Assembly: GCA_950097015.1 (NCBI GenBank)
Contig: CATNEN010000030.1
Location: 930,001 to 994,000 of the forward strand
Length of the DNA: 64,000 bases
Direction: 5' to 3'
DNA from: Macrostomum hystrix
Lineage: Eukaryota > Animalia > Platyhelminthes
Of this stretch, positions 1-11,012 are shown piece by piece (position 1 is the stretch's first letter; every line of letters starts with the position of its first letter). The translations under genes were made by a program, and so were the position numbers. Under the pieces are notes generated by a model. The model saw only the letters and a list, made by a program, of their open reading frames with translations. It searched no databases and had not been told where the DNA came from.

Positions 1-2708
1 TCTCTGATGGATTGGGTTTCTTAGTGGCATTTCTCTGATGGATTGGGTTTCTTAGTGGCATTTCTCTGATGGATTGGGTTTCTTAGTGGCAGTTCTCTGA
101 TGGATTGGGTTTCTAAGTGCCATTTCTCTGATGGATTGGGTTTCTAAGTGGCATTTCTCTGATGGATTGGGTTTCTTAGTGGCATTTCTCTGATGGATTG
201 GGTTTCTAAGTGGCATTTCTCTGATGGATTGGGTTTCTAAGTGGCATTTCTCTGATGGATTGGGTTTCTTAGTGGCATTTCTCTGATGGATTGGGTTTCT
301 TAGTGGCATTTCTCTGATGGATTGGGTTTCTTAGTGGCATTTCTCTGATGGATTGGGTTTCTAAGTGGCATTTCTCTGATGGATTGGGTTACTTAGTGGC
401 ATTTCTCTGATGGATTAGGTTTCTAAGTGGCATTTCTCTGATGGATTGGGTTTCTTAGTGGCATTTCTCTGATGGATTGGGTTTCTAAGTGGCATTTCTC
501 TGATGGATTGGGTTTCTTAGTGGCATTTCTCTGATGGATTGGGTTTCTTAGTGGCATTTCTCTGATGGATTGGGTTTCTTAGTGGCATTTCTCTGATGGA
601 TTGGGTTTCTTAGTGGCATTTCTCTGATGGATTGGGTTTCTTAGTGGCATTTCTCTGATGGATTGGGTTTCTAAGTGCCATTTCTCTGATGGATTGGGTT
701 TCTAAGTGGCATTTCTCTGATGGATTGGGTTTCTTAGTGGCATTTCTCTGATGGATTGGGTTTCTAAGTGGCATTTCTCTGATGGATTAGGTTTTTTTAT
801 TGGCATTTCTCTGATGGATTGGGTTTCTTAGTGGCATTTCTCTGATGGATTGGGTTTCTTAGTGGCATTTCTCTGATGGATTGGGTTTCTTAGTGGCATT
901 TCTCTGATGGATTGGGTTACTTAGTGGCATTTCTCTGATGGATTAGGTTTCTAAATGGCATTTCTCTGATGGATTGGGTTTCTTAGTGGCATTTCTCTGA
1001 TGGATTGGGTTTCTAAGTGGCATTTCTCTGATGGATTGGGTTTCTTAGTGGCATTTCTCTGATGGATTGGGTTACTTAGTGGCATTTCTCTGATGGATTA
1101 GGTTTCTAAGTGGCATTTCTCTGATGGATTGGGTTTCTTAGTGGCATTTCTCTGATGGATTGGGTTTCTAAGTGGCATTTCTCTGATGGATTGGGTTTCT
1201 TAGTGGCATTTCTCTGATGGATTGGGTTTCTTAGTGGCATTTCTCTGATGGATTGGGTTTCTTAGTGGCATTTCTCTGATGGATTGGGTTTCTTAGTGGC
1301 ATTTCTCTGATGGATTGGGTTTCTTAGTGGCATTTCTCTGATGGATTGGGTTTCTAAGTGCCATTTCTCTGATGGATTGGGTTTCTAAGTGGCATTTCTC
1401 TGATGGATTGGGTTTCTTAGTGGCATTTCTCTGATGGATTGGGTTTCTAAGTGGCATTTCTCTGATGGATTAGGTTTTTTTATTGGCATTTCTCTGATGG
1501 ATTGGGTTTCTTAGTGGCATTTCTCTGATGGATTGGGTTTCTTAGTGGCATTTCTCTGATGGATTGGGTTTCTTAGTGGCAGTTCTCTGATGGATTGGGT
1601 TTCTAAGTGCCATTTCTCTGATGGATTGGGTTTCTAAGTGGCATTTCTCTGATGGATTGGGTTTCTTAGTGGCATTTCTCTGATGGATTGGGTTTCTAAG
1701 TGGCATTTCTCTGATGGATTGGGTTTCTAAGTGGCATTTCTCTGATGGATTGGGTTTCTTAGTGGCATTTCTCTGATGGATTGGGTTTCTTAGTGGCATT
1801 TCTCTGATGGATTGGGTTTCTTAGTGGCATTTCTCTGATGGATTGGGTTTCTAAGTGCCATTTCTCTGATGGATTGGGTTTCTAAGTGCTCTAAGTGCCA
1901 TTTCTCTGATGGATTGGGTTTCTAAGTGCCATTTCTCTGATGGATTGGGTTTCTAAGTGCCATTTCTCTGATGGATTGGGTTTCTTAGTGGCATTTCTCT
2001 GATGGATTGGGTTTCTTAGTGGCATTTCTCTGATGGATTGGGTTTCTAAGTGGCATTTCTCTGATGGATTGGGTTTCTTAGTGGCCTTTCTCTGATGGAT
2101 TGGGTTTCTTAGTGGCATTTCTCTGATGGATTGGGTTTCTTAGTGGCATTTCTCTGATGGATTGGGTTTCTTAGTGGCAGTTCTCTGATGGATTGGGTTT
2201 CTAAGTGCCATTTCTCTGATGGATTGGGTTTCTAAGTGGCATTTCTCTGATGGATTGGGTTTCTTAGTGGCATTTCTCTGATGGATTGGGTTTCTAAGTG
2301 GCATTTCTCTGATGGATTGGGTTTCTAAGTGGCATTTCTCTGATGGATTGGGTTTCTTAGTGGCATTTCTCTGATGGATTGGGTTTCTTAGTGGCATTTC
2401 TCTGATGGATTGGGTTTCTTAGTGGCATTTCTCTGATGGATTGGGTTTCTAAGTGGCATTTCTCTGATGGATTGGGTTTCTAAGTGCTCTAAGTGCCATT
2501 TCTCTGATGGATTGGGTTTCTAAGTGCCATTTCTCTGATGGATTGGGTTTCTAAGTGGCATTTCTCTGATGGATTGGGTTTCTTAGTGGCATTTCTCTGA
2601 TGGATTGGGTTTCTTAGTGGCATTTCTCTGATGGATTGGGTTTCTAAGTGCCATTTCTCTGATGGATTGGGTTTCTAAGTGCTCTAAGTGCCATTTCTCT
2701 GATGGATT
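1..2708. repeat. 31-bp minisatellite (TTTCTCTGATGGATTGGGTTTCTTAGTGGCA), ~87 copies, in a KRIT1 intron
   Basis: Direct periodicity; the repeat ORFs have a 31-aa period. Confidence 0.97.
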
Positions 2709-2839
2709 GAGCTTCTTAGTGGTAGTTCTTTGATAGTGTGGTTTATAGTGGTCCTTATTTTAATAGTGAATCCCATTTAGCTTTCCTTTTTTACAGATTC
2801 GATTTTTTAGGTCCTTTTTTTAGATCGTGTTTAAGCGGT

Positions 2840-3125
2840 CCTTGTGATAGAGAGTGCTTTTAGTGGTCCTTCTTGTGATAGAGAATGCTTTTAGTGGTCC
2901 CTCTTGTGATAGAGAGTGCTTTTAGTGGTCCTTCTTGTGATAGAGAGTGCTTTTAGTGGTCCTTCTTGTGATAGAGAGTGCTTTTAGTGGTCCTTCTTGT
3001 GATAGAGAGTGCTTTTAGTGGTCCTTCTTGTGATAGAGAGTGCTTTTAGTGGTCCTTGTGATAGAGAGTGCTTTTAGTGGTCCTTCTTGTGATAGAGAGT
3101 GCTTTTAGTGGTCCCTCTTGTGATA
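2840..3125. repeat. Second, related 31-bp minisatellite (GTGATAGAGAGTGCTTTTAGTGGTCCTTCTT)
   Basis: About 9 copies; ends ~45 nt before the KRIT1 acceptor. Confidence 0.9.
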
Positions 3126-3169
3126 GTGTTTTTAACTAATAAAACATCACACCACCGTCATCCATTCAG

Positions 3170-3571
3170 GCCAAGCACACATACCTGAACGGTTTCCTAC
3201 CATGCGGCCAGGACGACATGATTATCATATCCTGCCTGCTGGCGCACGCCCAATGCGTTGCCGAGGGTCGCCGGGTTAAGGCCTTTCTCCAAAGCGAGCA
3301 GTGCCTGGCCAGCGTTCTACCAGAGCCGACTCGGCGGTTGTCCCGCCTACCAGCCGGCTTAGCCAGCGCCATCATCAAACGCTACACTAGCAGCGGCCTG
3401 CGTCGCGAATTGGAAGCGCTCAGCCTTAGCGAATGTCACACTCGCTTCCTGACCGTCTGTCGCCGATTGGCCGTGTTTAACTCCGTGTTCTTCACTGGCC
3501 ACTTAATGAACATTGGTGGAGAAATCGACAAGCAGAGGCCTAGGCAGCAGCAGCAACAGCAGCAAACAATG
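3170..3571 (+). CDS. KRIT1: KRIT1/CCM1-like FERM protein, penultimate exon (FERM F2 lobe); upstream exons lie outside the window
   Basis: Acceptor tccattcag|3170 and donor ATG|gttagt at 3572; 402 nt, phase 0/0. AKHTYLNGFLPCGQDDMIIISCLL...FLTVCRRLAVFNSVFFTGHL parallels KRIT1 ARYNLLKGFY...[20 protein letters not shown]. Confidence 0.75.
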
Positions 3572-3741
3572 GTTAGTGTATTAGCTTAATAGCTTGGTCC
3601 GAGCGGTTTCAGCGGCTTCTGACATTAGTCAAATTGTTTGCTAGTTAACTTTTGAAAAAAGATACTTGCGATGCTCTGCGTTTCAGAAGGATATGGATTT
3701 TGCCTGAGGGGTTCGGGGTATTCAGAGGGCGGCGAGTGGTC

Positions 3742-3985
3742 CCTGAGCTCGATTCCGCAGCGAGGCAAAACTCATTTGGGGCCCAGCCGCGGAGAGAAGG
3801 CTTGGGGGCTTAAATTTACGTCCTCGAGGGGCCAACCTTCAAGGCACAGTGAGAGTGTACACTGCCTGATTATGAGAAAGTCAGAGCAGATGTACACACT
3901 TGTGTGAGCGTGTGCCTTCGTACAGTATCTCAGTGCGTGTGTGCTCAGGACTCAGCGAAATGTGCAGAATTGCCTGCAGCCCTCC
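3742..3985 (-). mobile_element. Dispersed repeat (SINE/LINE-tail family) in the last KRIT1 intron
   Basis: Its reverse complement aligns over ~230 nt with 14128-14355, e.g. gtgtgtacatctgcYctgactttctcat...ggcagtgtacactctcactgtgcctt. Confidence 0.7.
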
Positions 3986-4168
3986 TGCAATTATTGTTTA
4001 TTTTTTTTATTTTTGTTATTATTATTGGGGCATTTAGTGTTTGATATTTGGGGTTTAGGGAAGTCAGGGTTTGAGTTCAGAGGTTTTGGGCATTTGGGGC
4101 ATCTGGCTTTTCTCTGTCTCCTCCGCACAATGTTTTGTCATTCTAACTTGCTAATTGCCGTCATCCAG

Positions 4169-4387
4169 GTGCACATTGGCGTCAACGACATCGGCCTGCA
4201 CGTGCTTGGCGAGCCCAACAAGCGCTTTATGTACTCGTTTCACTACCCGAACTTCGCCTGGCAGCAGGTGGCCCCAGACATGCTTGAGATTCGCGGCGCC
4301 ACCAGATCCGGCGATGCGTCGCCTCTTCGTTTGATCTCGCGTCAGGCAAACATCATCTGCGGCCTAATGAACAACCTGTCAGCCTGA
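4169..4387 (+). CDS. KRIT1: KRIT1-like last exon (FERM F3/PTB-like lobe)
   Basis: ctaac branch and catccag|gtg, phase 0. VHIGVNDIGLHVL...FAWQ...SRQANIICGLMNNL* matches KRIT1 VYVGVNIKGLHLL...FMWQ...TKQAGLVVKLLMKL. Confidence 0.8.
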   Translation: MHIGVNDIGLHVLGEPNKRFMYSFHYPNFAWQQVAPDMLEIRGATRSGDASPLRLISRQANIICGLMNNLSA

Positions 4388-4407
4388 ACTATAGCGTGGT
4401 ATGGGGT

Positions 4408-6028
4408 CCTGAACATCTGGAGAGATTCATTGGGTATCCTGAACATCTGAAGAGATTCATTGGGTATCCTGAACTTCTGAAGAGATTCATTGGGTATCCT
4501 GAACTTCTGGAGAGATTCATTGGGTATCCTGAACTTCTGGAGAGATTCATTGGGTATCCTGAACTTCTGAAGAGATTCATTAGATATCCTAAACATCTGA
4601 AGAGATTCATTGGGCATCCTGAACTTCTGAAGAGATTCATTGGGTATCCTGAACATCTGAAGAGATTCATTGGGTATCCTGAACTTCTGAAGAGATTCAT
4701 TGGGTATCCTAAACATCTGAAGAGATTCATTGGGTATCCTGAACTTCTGAAGAGATTCATTGGGTATCCTAAACATCTGAAGAGATTCATTGGGTATCCT
4801 AAACATCTGAAGAGATTCATTGGGTATCCTGAACATCTGAAGAGATTCATTGGGTATCCTGAACTTCTGAAGAGATTCATTGGGTATCCTAAACATCTGA
4901 AGAGATTCATTGGGTATCCTAAACATCTGAAGAGATTCATTGGGTATCCTGAACATCTGAAGAGATTCATTGGGTATCCTGAACTTCTGAAGAGATTCAT
5001 TGGGTATCCTGAACTTCTGAAGAGATTCATTGGGTATCCTGAACTTCTGGAGAGATTCATTGGGTATCCTGAACTTCTGGAGAGATTCATTGGGTATCCT
5101 GAACTTCTGAAGAGATTCATTAGATATCCTAAACATCTGAAGAGATTCATTGGGCATCCTGAACTTCTGAAGAGATTCATTGGGTATCCTGAACATCTGA
5201 AGAGATTCATTGGGTATCCTGAACTTCTGAAGAGATTCATTGGGTATCCTAAACATCTGAAGAGATTCATTGGGTATCCTGAACTTCTGAAGAGATTCAT
5301 TGGGTATCCTAAACATCTGAAGAGATTCATTGGGTATCCTAAACATCTGAAGAGATTCATTGGGTATCCTGAACTTCTGAAGAGATTCATTGGGTATCCT
5401 GAACTTCTGGAGAGATTCATTGGGTATCCTGAACTTCTGGAGAGATTCATTGGGTATCCTGAACTTCTGAAGAGATTCATTAGATATCCTAAACATCTGA
5501 AGAGATTCATTGGGTATCCTGAACATCTGAAGAGATTCATTGGGTATCCTGAACTTCTGAAGAGATTCATTGGGTATCCTGAACTTCTGAAGAGATTCAT
5601 TAGATATCCTGAACTTCTGAAGAGATTCATTGGGTATCCTGAACTTCTGAAGAGATTCATTGGGTATCCTGAACATCTGAAGAGATTCATTGGGTATCCT
5701 GAACTTCTGAAGAGATTCATTAGATATCCTGAACTTCTGAAGAGATTAAGGCATCCTGAAGAGATTCATTAGGCATCCTGAACTTCTGAAGAGATTCATT
5801 GGGTATCCTGAACTTCTGAAGAGATTCATTGGGTATCCTGAACTTCTGAAGAGATTCATTGGGTATCCTGAACATCTGAAGAGATTCATTGGGTATCCTG
5901 AACTTCTGAAGAGATTCATTGGGTATCCTGAACTTCTGAAGAGATTCATTAGGCATCCTGAACATCTGAAGAGATTCATTAGACATCCTGAACTTCTGAA
6001 GAGATTAAGGCATCCTGAAGAGATTCAT
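4408..6028. repeat. 30-bp minisatellite (GAACTTCTGAAGAGATTCATTGGGTATCCT), ~54 copies, right after the KRIT1 stop
   Basis: 10-aa periodic ORFs on both strands. Confidence 0.97.
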
Positions 6029-6907
6029 ATGGCTTTTAAGACCATACGGCTTCATAAAAGAGCTGAAGAGGTAGCTTATCATGAAGACCTAAAGGATTTT
6101 TTATTGTTTACTTTTTTCGCAATAATAAGTTTTTCTATACCAATCAAGGCCTTGTGTATCAATTGCGCGACATTCCATTCCCACAGGGCTTTTTGCTAAA
6201 TAGTTTTTTCTTCACCTCTCACCTCTAGCATTTACCTGTGAATCATTCCATTGTAAGAATTGTGTCTATGACCTCGCGACAATAGTAGATTAAAAAGCAG
6301 TTGAACTGTACATAAATAAATTTGTTATTTTAACTACTATTTGTGTTTTCAAAATGCCAAATATAATTTAATTAATGCAACACAGAATTTTATTTAGCAA
6401 TTTCTAAATGTTGCAAGCTCATTGCAATGTCATAAGAATAGTTTTCCGTGCTGTTTCAAAAGCACAATAAATTGTGATTGTGGTGGTTTCTGTAATTGGA
6501 TTATCAGCTGAAACGCATAAATACTATGTATGTTTTACCAAAGAAAATTTTGTGAATTTCCTGCTTCCTCTTATTTAAGACAAGCAGACACAGTTATTTA
6601 TACTTTTATATGATTAAATGGATATGAAATATCTAGATCTGTAACTAAATTATTCTCCATTAGTGCTTTAAGCTTTCTCTCACCGCGTGCCTGTCAATCA
6701 ATGTGCACCAGTTTGTTCCCATTCTAGGGGGTGCTAGAAAACGTTTTGTAGGATTGTTTCCAAATCACCACTTATTTAAAATATTTTCTTTCCGAACTTA
6801 CGCAAAGAAACTTAAATACTTTTGCTTGTATCTAATTGTTTAATAAAATAGCATGCAAGCCTGGCTTTTCAAACCTTGTTTTTATATGTTCTTAGTAACT
6901 TAAAACA

Positions 6908-9405
6908 CCAGATCCTCAGAATTGTGAGGTAACTAGTAACTACCCAGATCCTCAGAATTGTGAGGTAACTAGTAACTACCCAGATCCTCAGAATTGTGAG
7001 GTAACTAGTAACTACCCAGATCCTTAGAATTGTGAGGTAGCTAGTAACTACCCAGATCCTTAGAATTGTGAGGTAGCTAGTAACTACCCAGATCCTCAGA
7101 ATTGTGAGGTAACCAGTAACTACCCAGATCCTCAGAATTGTGAGGTAACTACCCAGATCCTCAGAACTGTGAGGTAACCAGTAACTACCCAGATCCTCAG
7201 AACTGTGAGGTAACTACCCAGATCCTCAGAACTGTGAGGTAACTACCCAGATCCTCAGAACTGTGAGGTAACTACCCAGATCCTCAGAACTGTGAGGTAA
7301 CCAGTAACTACCCAGATCCTCAGAACTGTGAGGTAACTACCCAGATCCTCAGAGCTGTCAGGTAACTACCCAGATCCTCAGAATTGTGAGGTAACTAGTA
7401 ACTACCCAGATCTTCAGAATTGTGATGTAACCAGTAACTACCCAGATCCTCAGAGCTGTCAGGTAACTACCCAGATCCTCAGAGCTGTCAGGTAACTACC
7501 CAGATCCTCAGAGCTGTCAGGTAACTACCCAGATCCTCAGAATTGTGAGGTAACTAGTAACTACCCAGATCCTCAGAATTGTGAGGTAACTAGTAACTAC
7601 CCAGATCCTCAGAATTGTGAGGTAACCAGTAACTACCCTGATCCTCAGAATTGTGAGGTAACTAGTAACTACCCAGATCCTCAGAATTGTGAGGTAACCA
7701 GTAACTACCCAGATCCTCAGAATTGTGAGGTAACCAGTAACTACCCCGATCCTCAGAACTATGAGGTAACTAGTAACTACCCAGATCCTCAGAATTGTGA
7801 GGTAACCAGTAACTACCCCGATCCTCAGAACTATGAGGTAACTAGTAACTACCCAGATCCTCAGAACTATGATGTAACTACCCCGATCCTCAGAACTATG
7901 AGGTAACTAGTAACTACCCAGATCCTCAGAACTATGATGTAACTACCCAGATCCTCAGAGCTGTCAGGTAACTACCCAGATCCTCAGAGCTGGCAGGTAA
8001 CTACCCAGATCCTCAGAGCTGGCAGGTAACTACCCAGATCCTCAGAGCTGGCAGGTAACTACCCAGATCCTCAGAATTGTGAGGTAACTAGTAACTACCC
8101 AGATCCTCAGAATTGTGAGGTAACTAGTAACTACCCAGATCCTCAGAATTGTGAGGTAACCAGTAACTACCCTGATCCTCAGAATTGTGAGGTAACTAGT
8201 AACTACCCAGATCCTCAGAATTGTGAGGTAACCAGTAACTACCCAGATCCTCAGAATTGTGAGGTAACCAGTAACTACCCCGATCCTCAGAACTATGAGG
8301 TAACTAGTAACTACCCAGATCCTCAGAATTGTGAGGTAACCAGTAACTACCCCGATCCTCAGAACTATGAGGTAACTAGTAACTACCCAGATCCTCAGAA
8401 CTATGATGTAACTACCCCGATCCTCAGAACTATGAGGTAACTAGTAACTACCCAGATCCTCAGAACTATGATGTAACTACCCAGATCCTCAGAGCTGTCA
8501 GGTAACTACCCAGATCCTCAGAGCTGGCAGGTAACTACCCAGATCCTCAGAGCTGTCAGGTAACTACCCAGATCCTCAGAATTGTGAGGTAACTAGTAAC
8601 TACCCAGATCTTCAGAATTGTGATGTAACTACCCAGATCCTCAGAGCTGTCAGGTAACTACCCAGATCCTCAGAGCTGTCAGGTAACTACCCAGATCCTC
8701 AGAGCTGTCAGGTAACTACCCAGATCCTCAGAATTGTGAGGTAACTAGTAACTACCCAGATCCTCAGAATTGTGAGGTAACTAGTAACTACCCAGATCCT
8801 CAGAATTGTGAGGTAACCAGTAACTACCCCGATCCTCAGAATTGTGAGGTAACTAGTAACTACCCAGATCCTCAGAATTGTGAGGTAACCAGTAACTACC
8901 CAGATCCTCAGAATTGTGAGGTAACCAGTAACTACCCCGATCCTCAGAACTATGAGGTAACTAGTAACTACCCAGATCCTCAGAATTGTGAGGTAACCAG
9001 TAACTACCCCGATCCTCAGAACTATGAGGTAACTAGTAACTACCCAGATCCTCAGAACTATGATGTAACTACCCCGATCCTCAGAACTATGAGGTAACTA
9101 GTAACTACCCAAATCCTCAGAACTATGATGTAACTACCCAGATCCTCAGAGCTGTCAGGTAACTACCCAGATCCTCAGAGCTGTCAGGTAACTACCCAGA
9201 TCCTCAGAGCTGGCAGGTAACTACCCAGATCCTCAGAGCTGGCAGGTAACTACCCAGATCCTCAGAGCTGGCAGGTAACTACCCAGATCCTCAGAGCTGG
9301 CAGGTAACTACTCAGATCCTCAGAGCTGGCAGGTAACTACCCAGATCCTCAGAGCTGGCAAGTAACTACCCAGATCCTCAGAGCTGGCAGGTAACTACCC
9401 AGATT
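6908..9405. repeat. 36/28-bp minisatellite (CCAGATCCTCAGAATTGTGAGGTAACTAGTAACTAC)
   Basis: Period 36 (6908 to 6944), with an 8-nt shorter variant. Confidence 0.97.
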
Positions 9406-9449
9406 CTTAGCTGTCAGTGTATTAGAATCAAAGCGCTTTTTGCACAGCC

Positions 9450-9472
9450 GTCATCTTCAAAATTTGCAGGCT
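9450..9472 (+). promoter_or_regulatory. 3' splice acceptor 3 nt before the MED21 ATG (candidate trans-splice site)
   Basis: tcatcttcaaaatttgcAG|gctATG; I found no upstream coding exon. Confidence 0.5.
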
Positions 9473-9916
9473 ATGGCGGATCGCCTAACGGAGCTGCAGG
9501 ATGCCGTGAACTCGCAGGCCGATAATCTGTACAATGCCCTGGGCATACTGCTCCAAACTGCTCAACCATCGCCTTTTCCTAATGTCGGCAGCAGGCCGGC
9601 AGGCGCAGCTGCCGCGGCTAATCCCGGGCCAGATCACGCTAGATTCTTTGCCGAACAGATTAGCCGCACAGCGCAGACCATTGTGGCTCTGATTGATTCC
9701 CTGCCAGGACCGGAAGCATACAAAGCAGAAGCTAATAGTCAGAGAATGGCCGAATTAGAGAAAGAGAATGTTCAATTAGGCCGGCGCCTTATAGATGTGG
9801 TTGACCAGTTAGAGGACAGGCTGCGCAGAGTTAGGGACTGCCTAACTGACATTGCTCAGGTGCAGCTGCGATGCAGCGCTATGGAATCCGCGTTACTGCT
9901 GCATCAGGATGACTGA
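9473..9916 (+). CDS. MED21: Mediator subunit 21, intronless, 147 aa
   Basis: MADRLTELQDAVNSQADNLYNALGIL...ISRTAQTIVALIDSLP...DCLTDIAQVQL; the N-terminus matches MED21 MADRLTQLQDAVN. The true start is ATG 9473, not the track's 9440. Confidence 0.93.
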   Translation: MADRLTELQDAVNSQADNLYNALGILLQTAQPSPFPNVGSRPAGAAAAANPGPDHARFFAEQISRTAQTIVALIDSLPGPEAYKAEANSQRMAELEKENVQLGRRLIDVVDQLEDRLRRVRDCLTDIAQVQLRCSAMESALLLHQDD

Positions 9917-9934
9917 ACTTAACAGTAGGAAGAC

Positions 9935-10030
9935 CAGGGGGTATTTCAAATACCAATTGCCTACTTCACGACAGCTCCCAAACCGAATGACAAGGTTTAC
10001 AATGTTTCAAGGTTTTTGAAATTCCCCCGT
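9935..10030. mobile_element. Possible degenerate ~96-bp MITE just after the MED21 stop
   Basis: Imperfect TIRs cagggggtatttcaaatacc / ggtttttgaaattcccccgt; a similar left end, ggggtgtttcaaatatcctctgcctaattcacga, occurs at ~54902. Confidence 0.35.
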
Positions 10031-10127
10031 TGTCTTTCTATTGTTACTGCACTTGGCCTGTAATATAGACTCACAATGTACTTTTGTATTTTTGTATTTT
10101 TTTATAATAACTGACTGTCTTTAATGC

Positions 10128-10642
10128 TGGCTGGATGTTCTTTAAGGACCTGGGATGCTGGCTGAATGTTCTCTGAGGATCTGGGATGCTGGCTGAATGT
10201 TCTCTGAGGATCTGGGATGCTGGCTGAATGTTCTCTGAGGATCTGGGATGCTGGCTGAATGTTCTCTGAGGATCTGGGATGCTGGCTGAATGTTCTCTGA
10301 GGATCTGGGATGCTGGCTGAATGTTCTCTGAGGATCTGGGATGCTGACTGAATGTTCTCTGTGGATCTGGGATGCTGGCTGAATGTTCTCTGAGGATCTG
10401 GGATGCTGGCTGAATGTTCTCTGAGGATCTGGGATGCTGGCTGAATGTTCTCTGAGGATCTGGGATGCTGGCTGAATGTTCTCTGAGGATCTGGGATGCT
10501 GACTGAATGTTCTCTGTGGATCTGGGATGCTGGCTGAATGTTCTCTGAGGATCTGGGATGCTGGCTGAATGTTCTCTGAGGATCTGGGATGCTGGCTGAA
10601 TGTTCTCTGAGGATCTGGGATGCTGGCTGAATGTTCTCGGAG
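10128..10642. repeat. 31-bp minisatellite (GGATCTGGGATGCTGGCTGAATGTTCTCTGA)
   Basis: About 16 copies between MED21 and GPALPP1. Confidence 0.95.
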
Positions 10643-10944
10643 TTCAAAGAATTAGAGCTGCTTGTAATTTCGTAATGATTTTTTGTTAGTTACTGGTAAT
10701 TTTATGTTTTTTAAGCAATTAGTAATTAATCATTGTACTACTTATGATATTAAATCGTATAAGTTTTGCATGTAAAAACTTATAAACCGTTTAAAACAAA
10801 GTATAGCATTTTTCTGTAAAATACTTTCTGTTTGTTAACATTTGTTATTTTTTGGTCCAATTTAAAGCCGGATTTCGCTAACTCCTGAACACTTACTAAC
10901 ACACTCGCACTGGTGTATACATCTGCCATGGTTTTCTAATCTAT

Positions 10945-10988
10945 TAATTTTTTTAGTTTTACAAATTTTGCAATGATCCTACTTGCAG
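10945..10988 (+). promoter_or_regulatory. 3' splice acceptor 24 nt before the GPALPP1 ATG (candidate trans-splice site)
   Basis: T-rich tract, then tgatcctacttgcAG at 10987-10988. Confidence 0.45.
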
Positions 10989-11012
10989 TAGCGTCAACGC
11001 AATTAAAGCATT

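Noticed and set aside
4342-5986. 443-458-aa ORFs on both strands (e.g. YPELLKRFIG repeats)
   Set aside because: Translation of a stop-poor 30-bp repeat; there is no proper ATG (the ATG at 4401 stops after 3 codons), and the ORF is not in frame with KRIT1.
6908-9405. CRISPR-like 36-bp palindromic repeat
   Set aside because: Units are head-to-tail with no unique spacers, there are no cas genes, and the context is eukaryotic.
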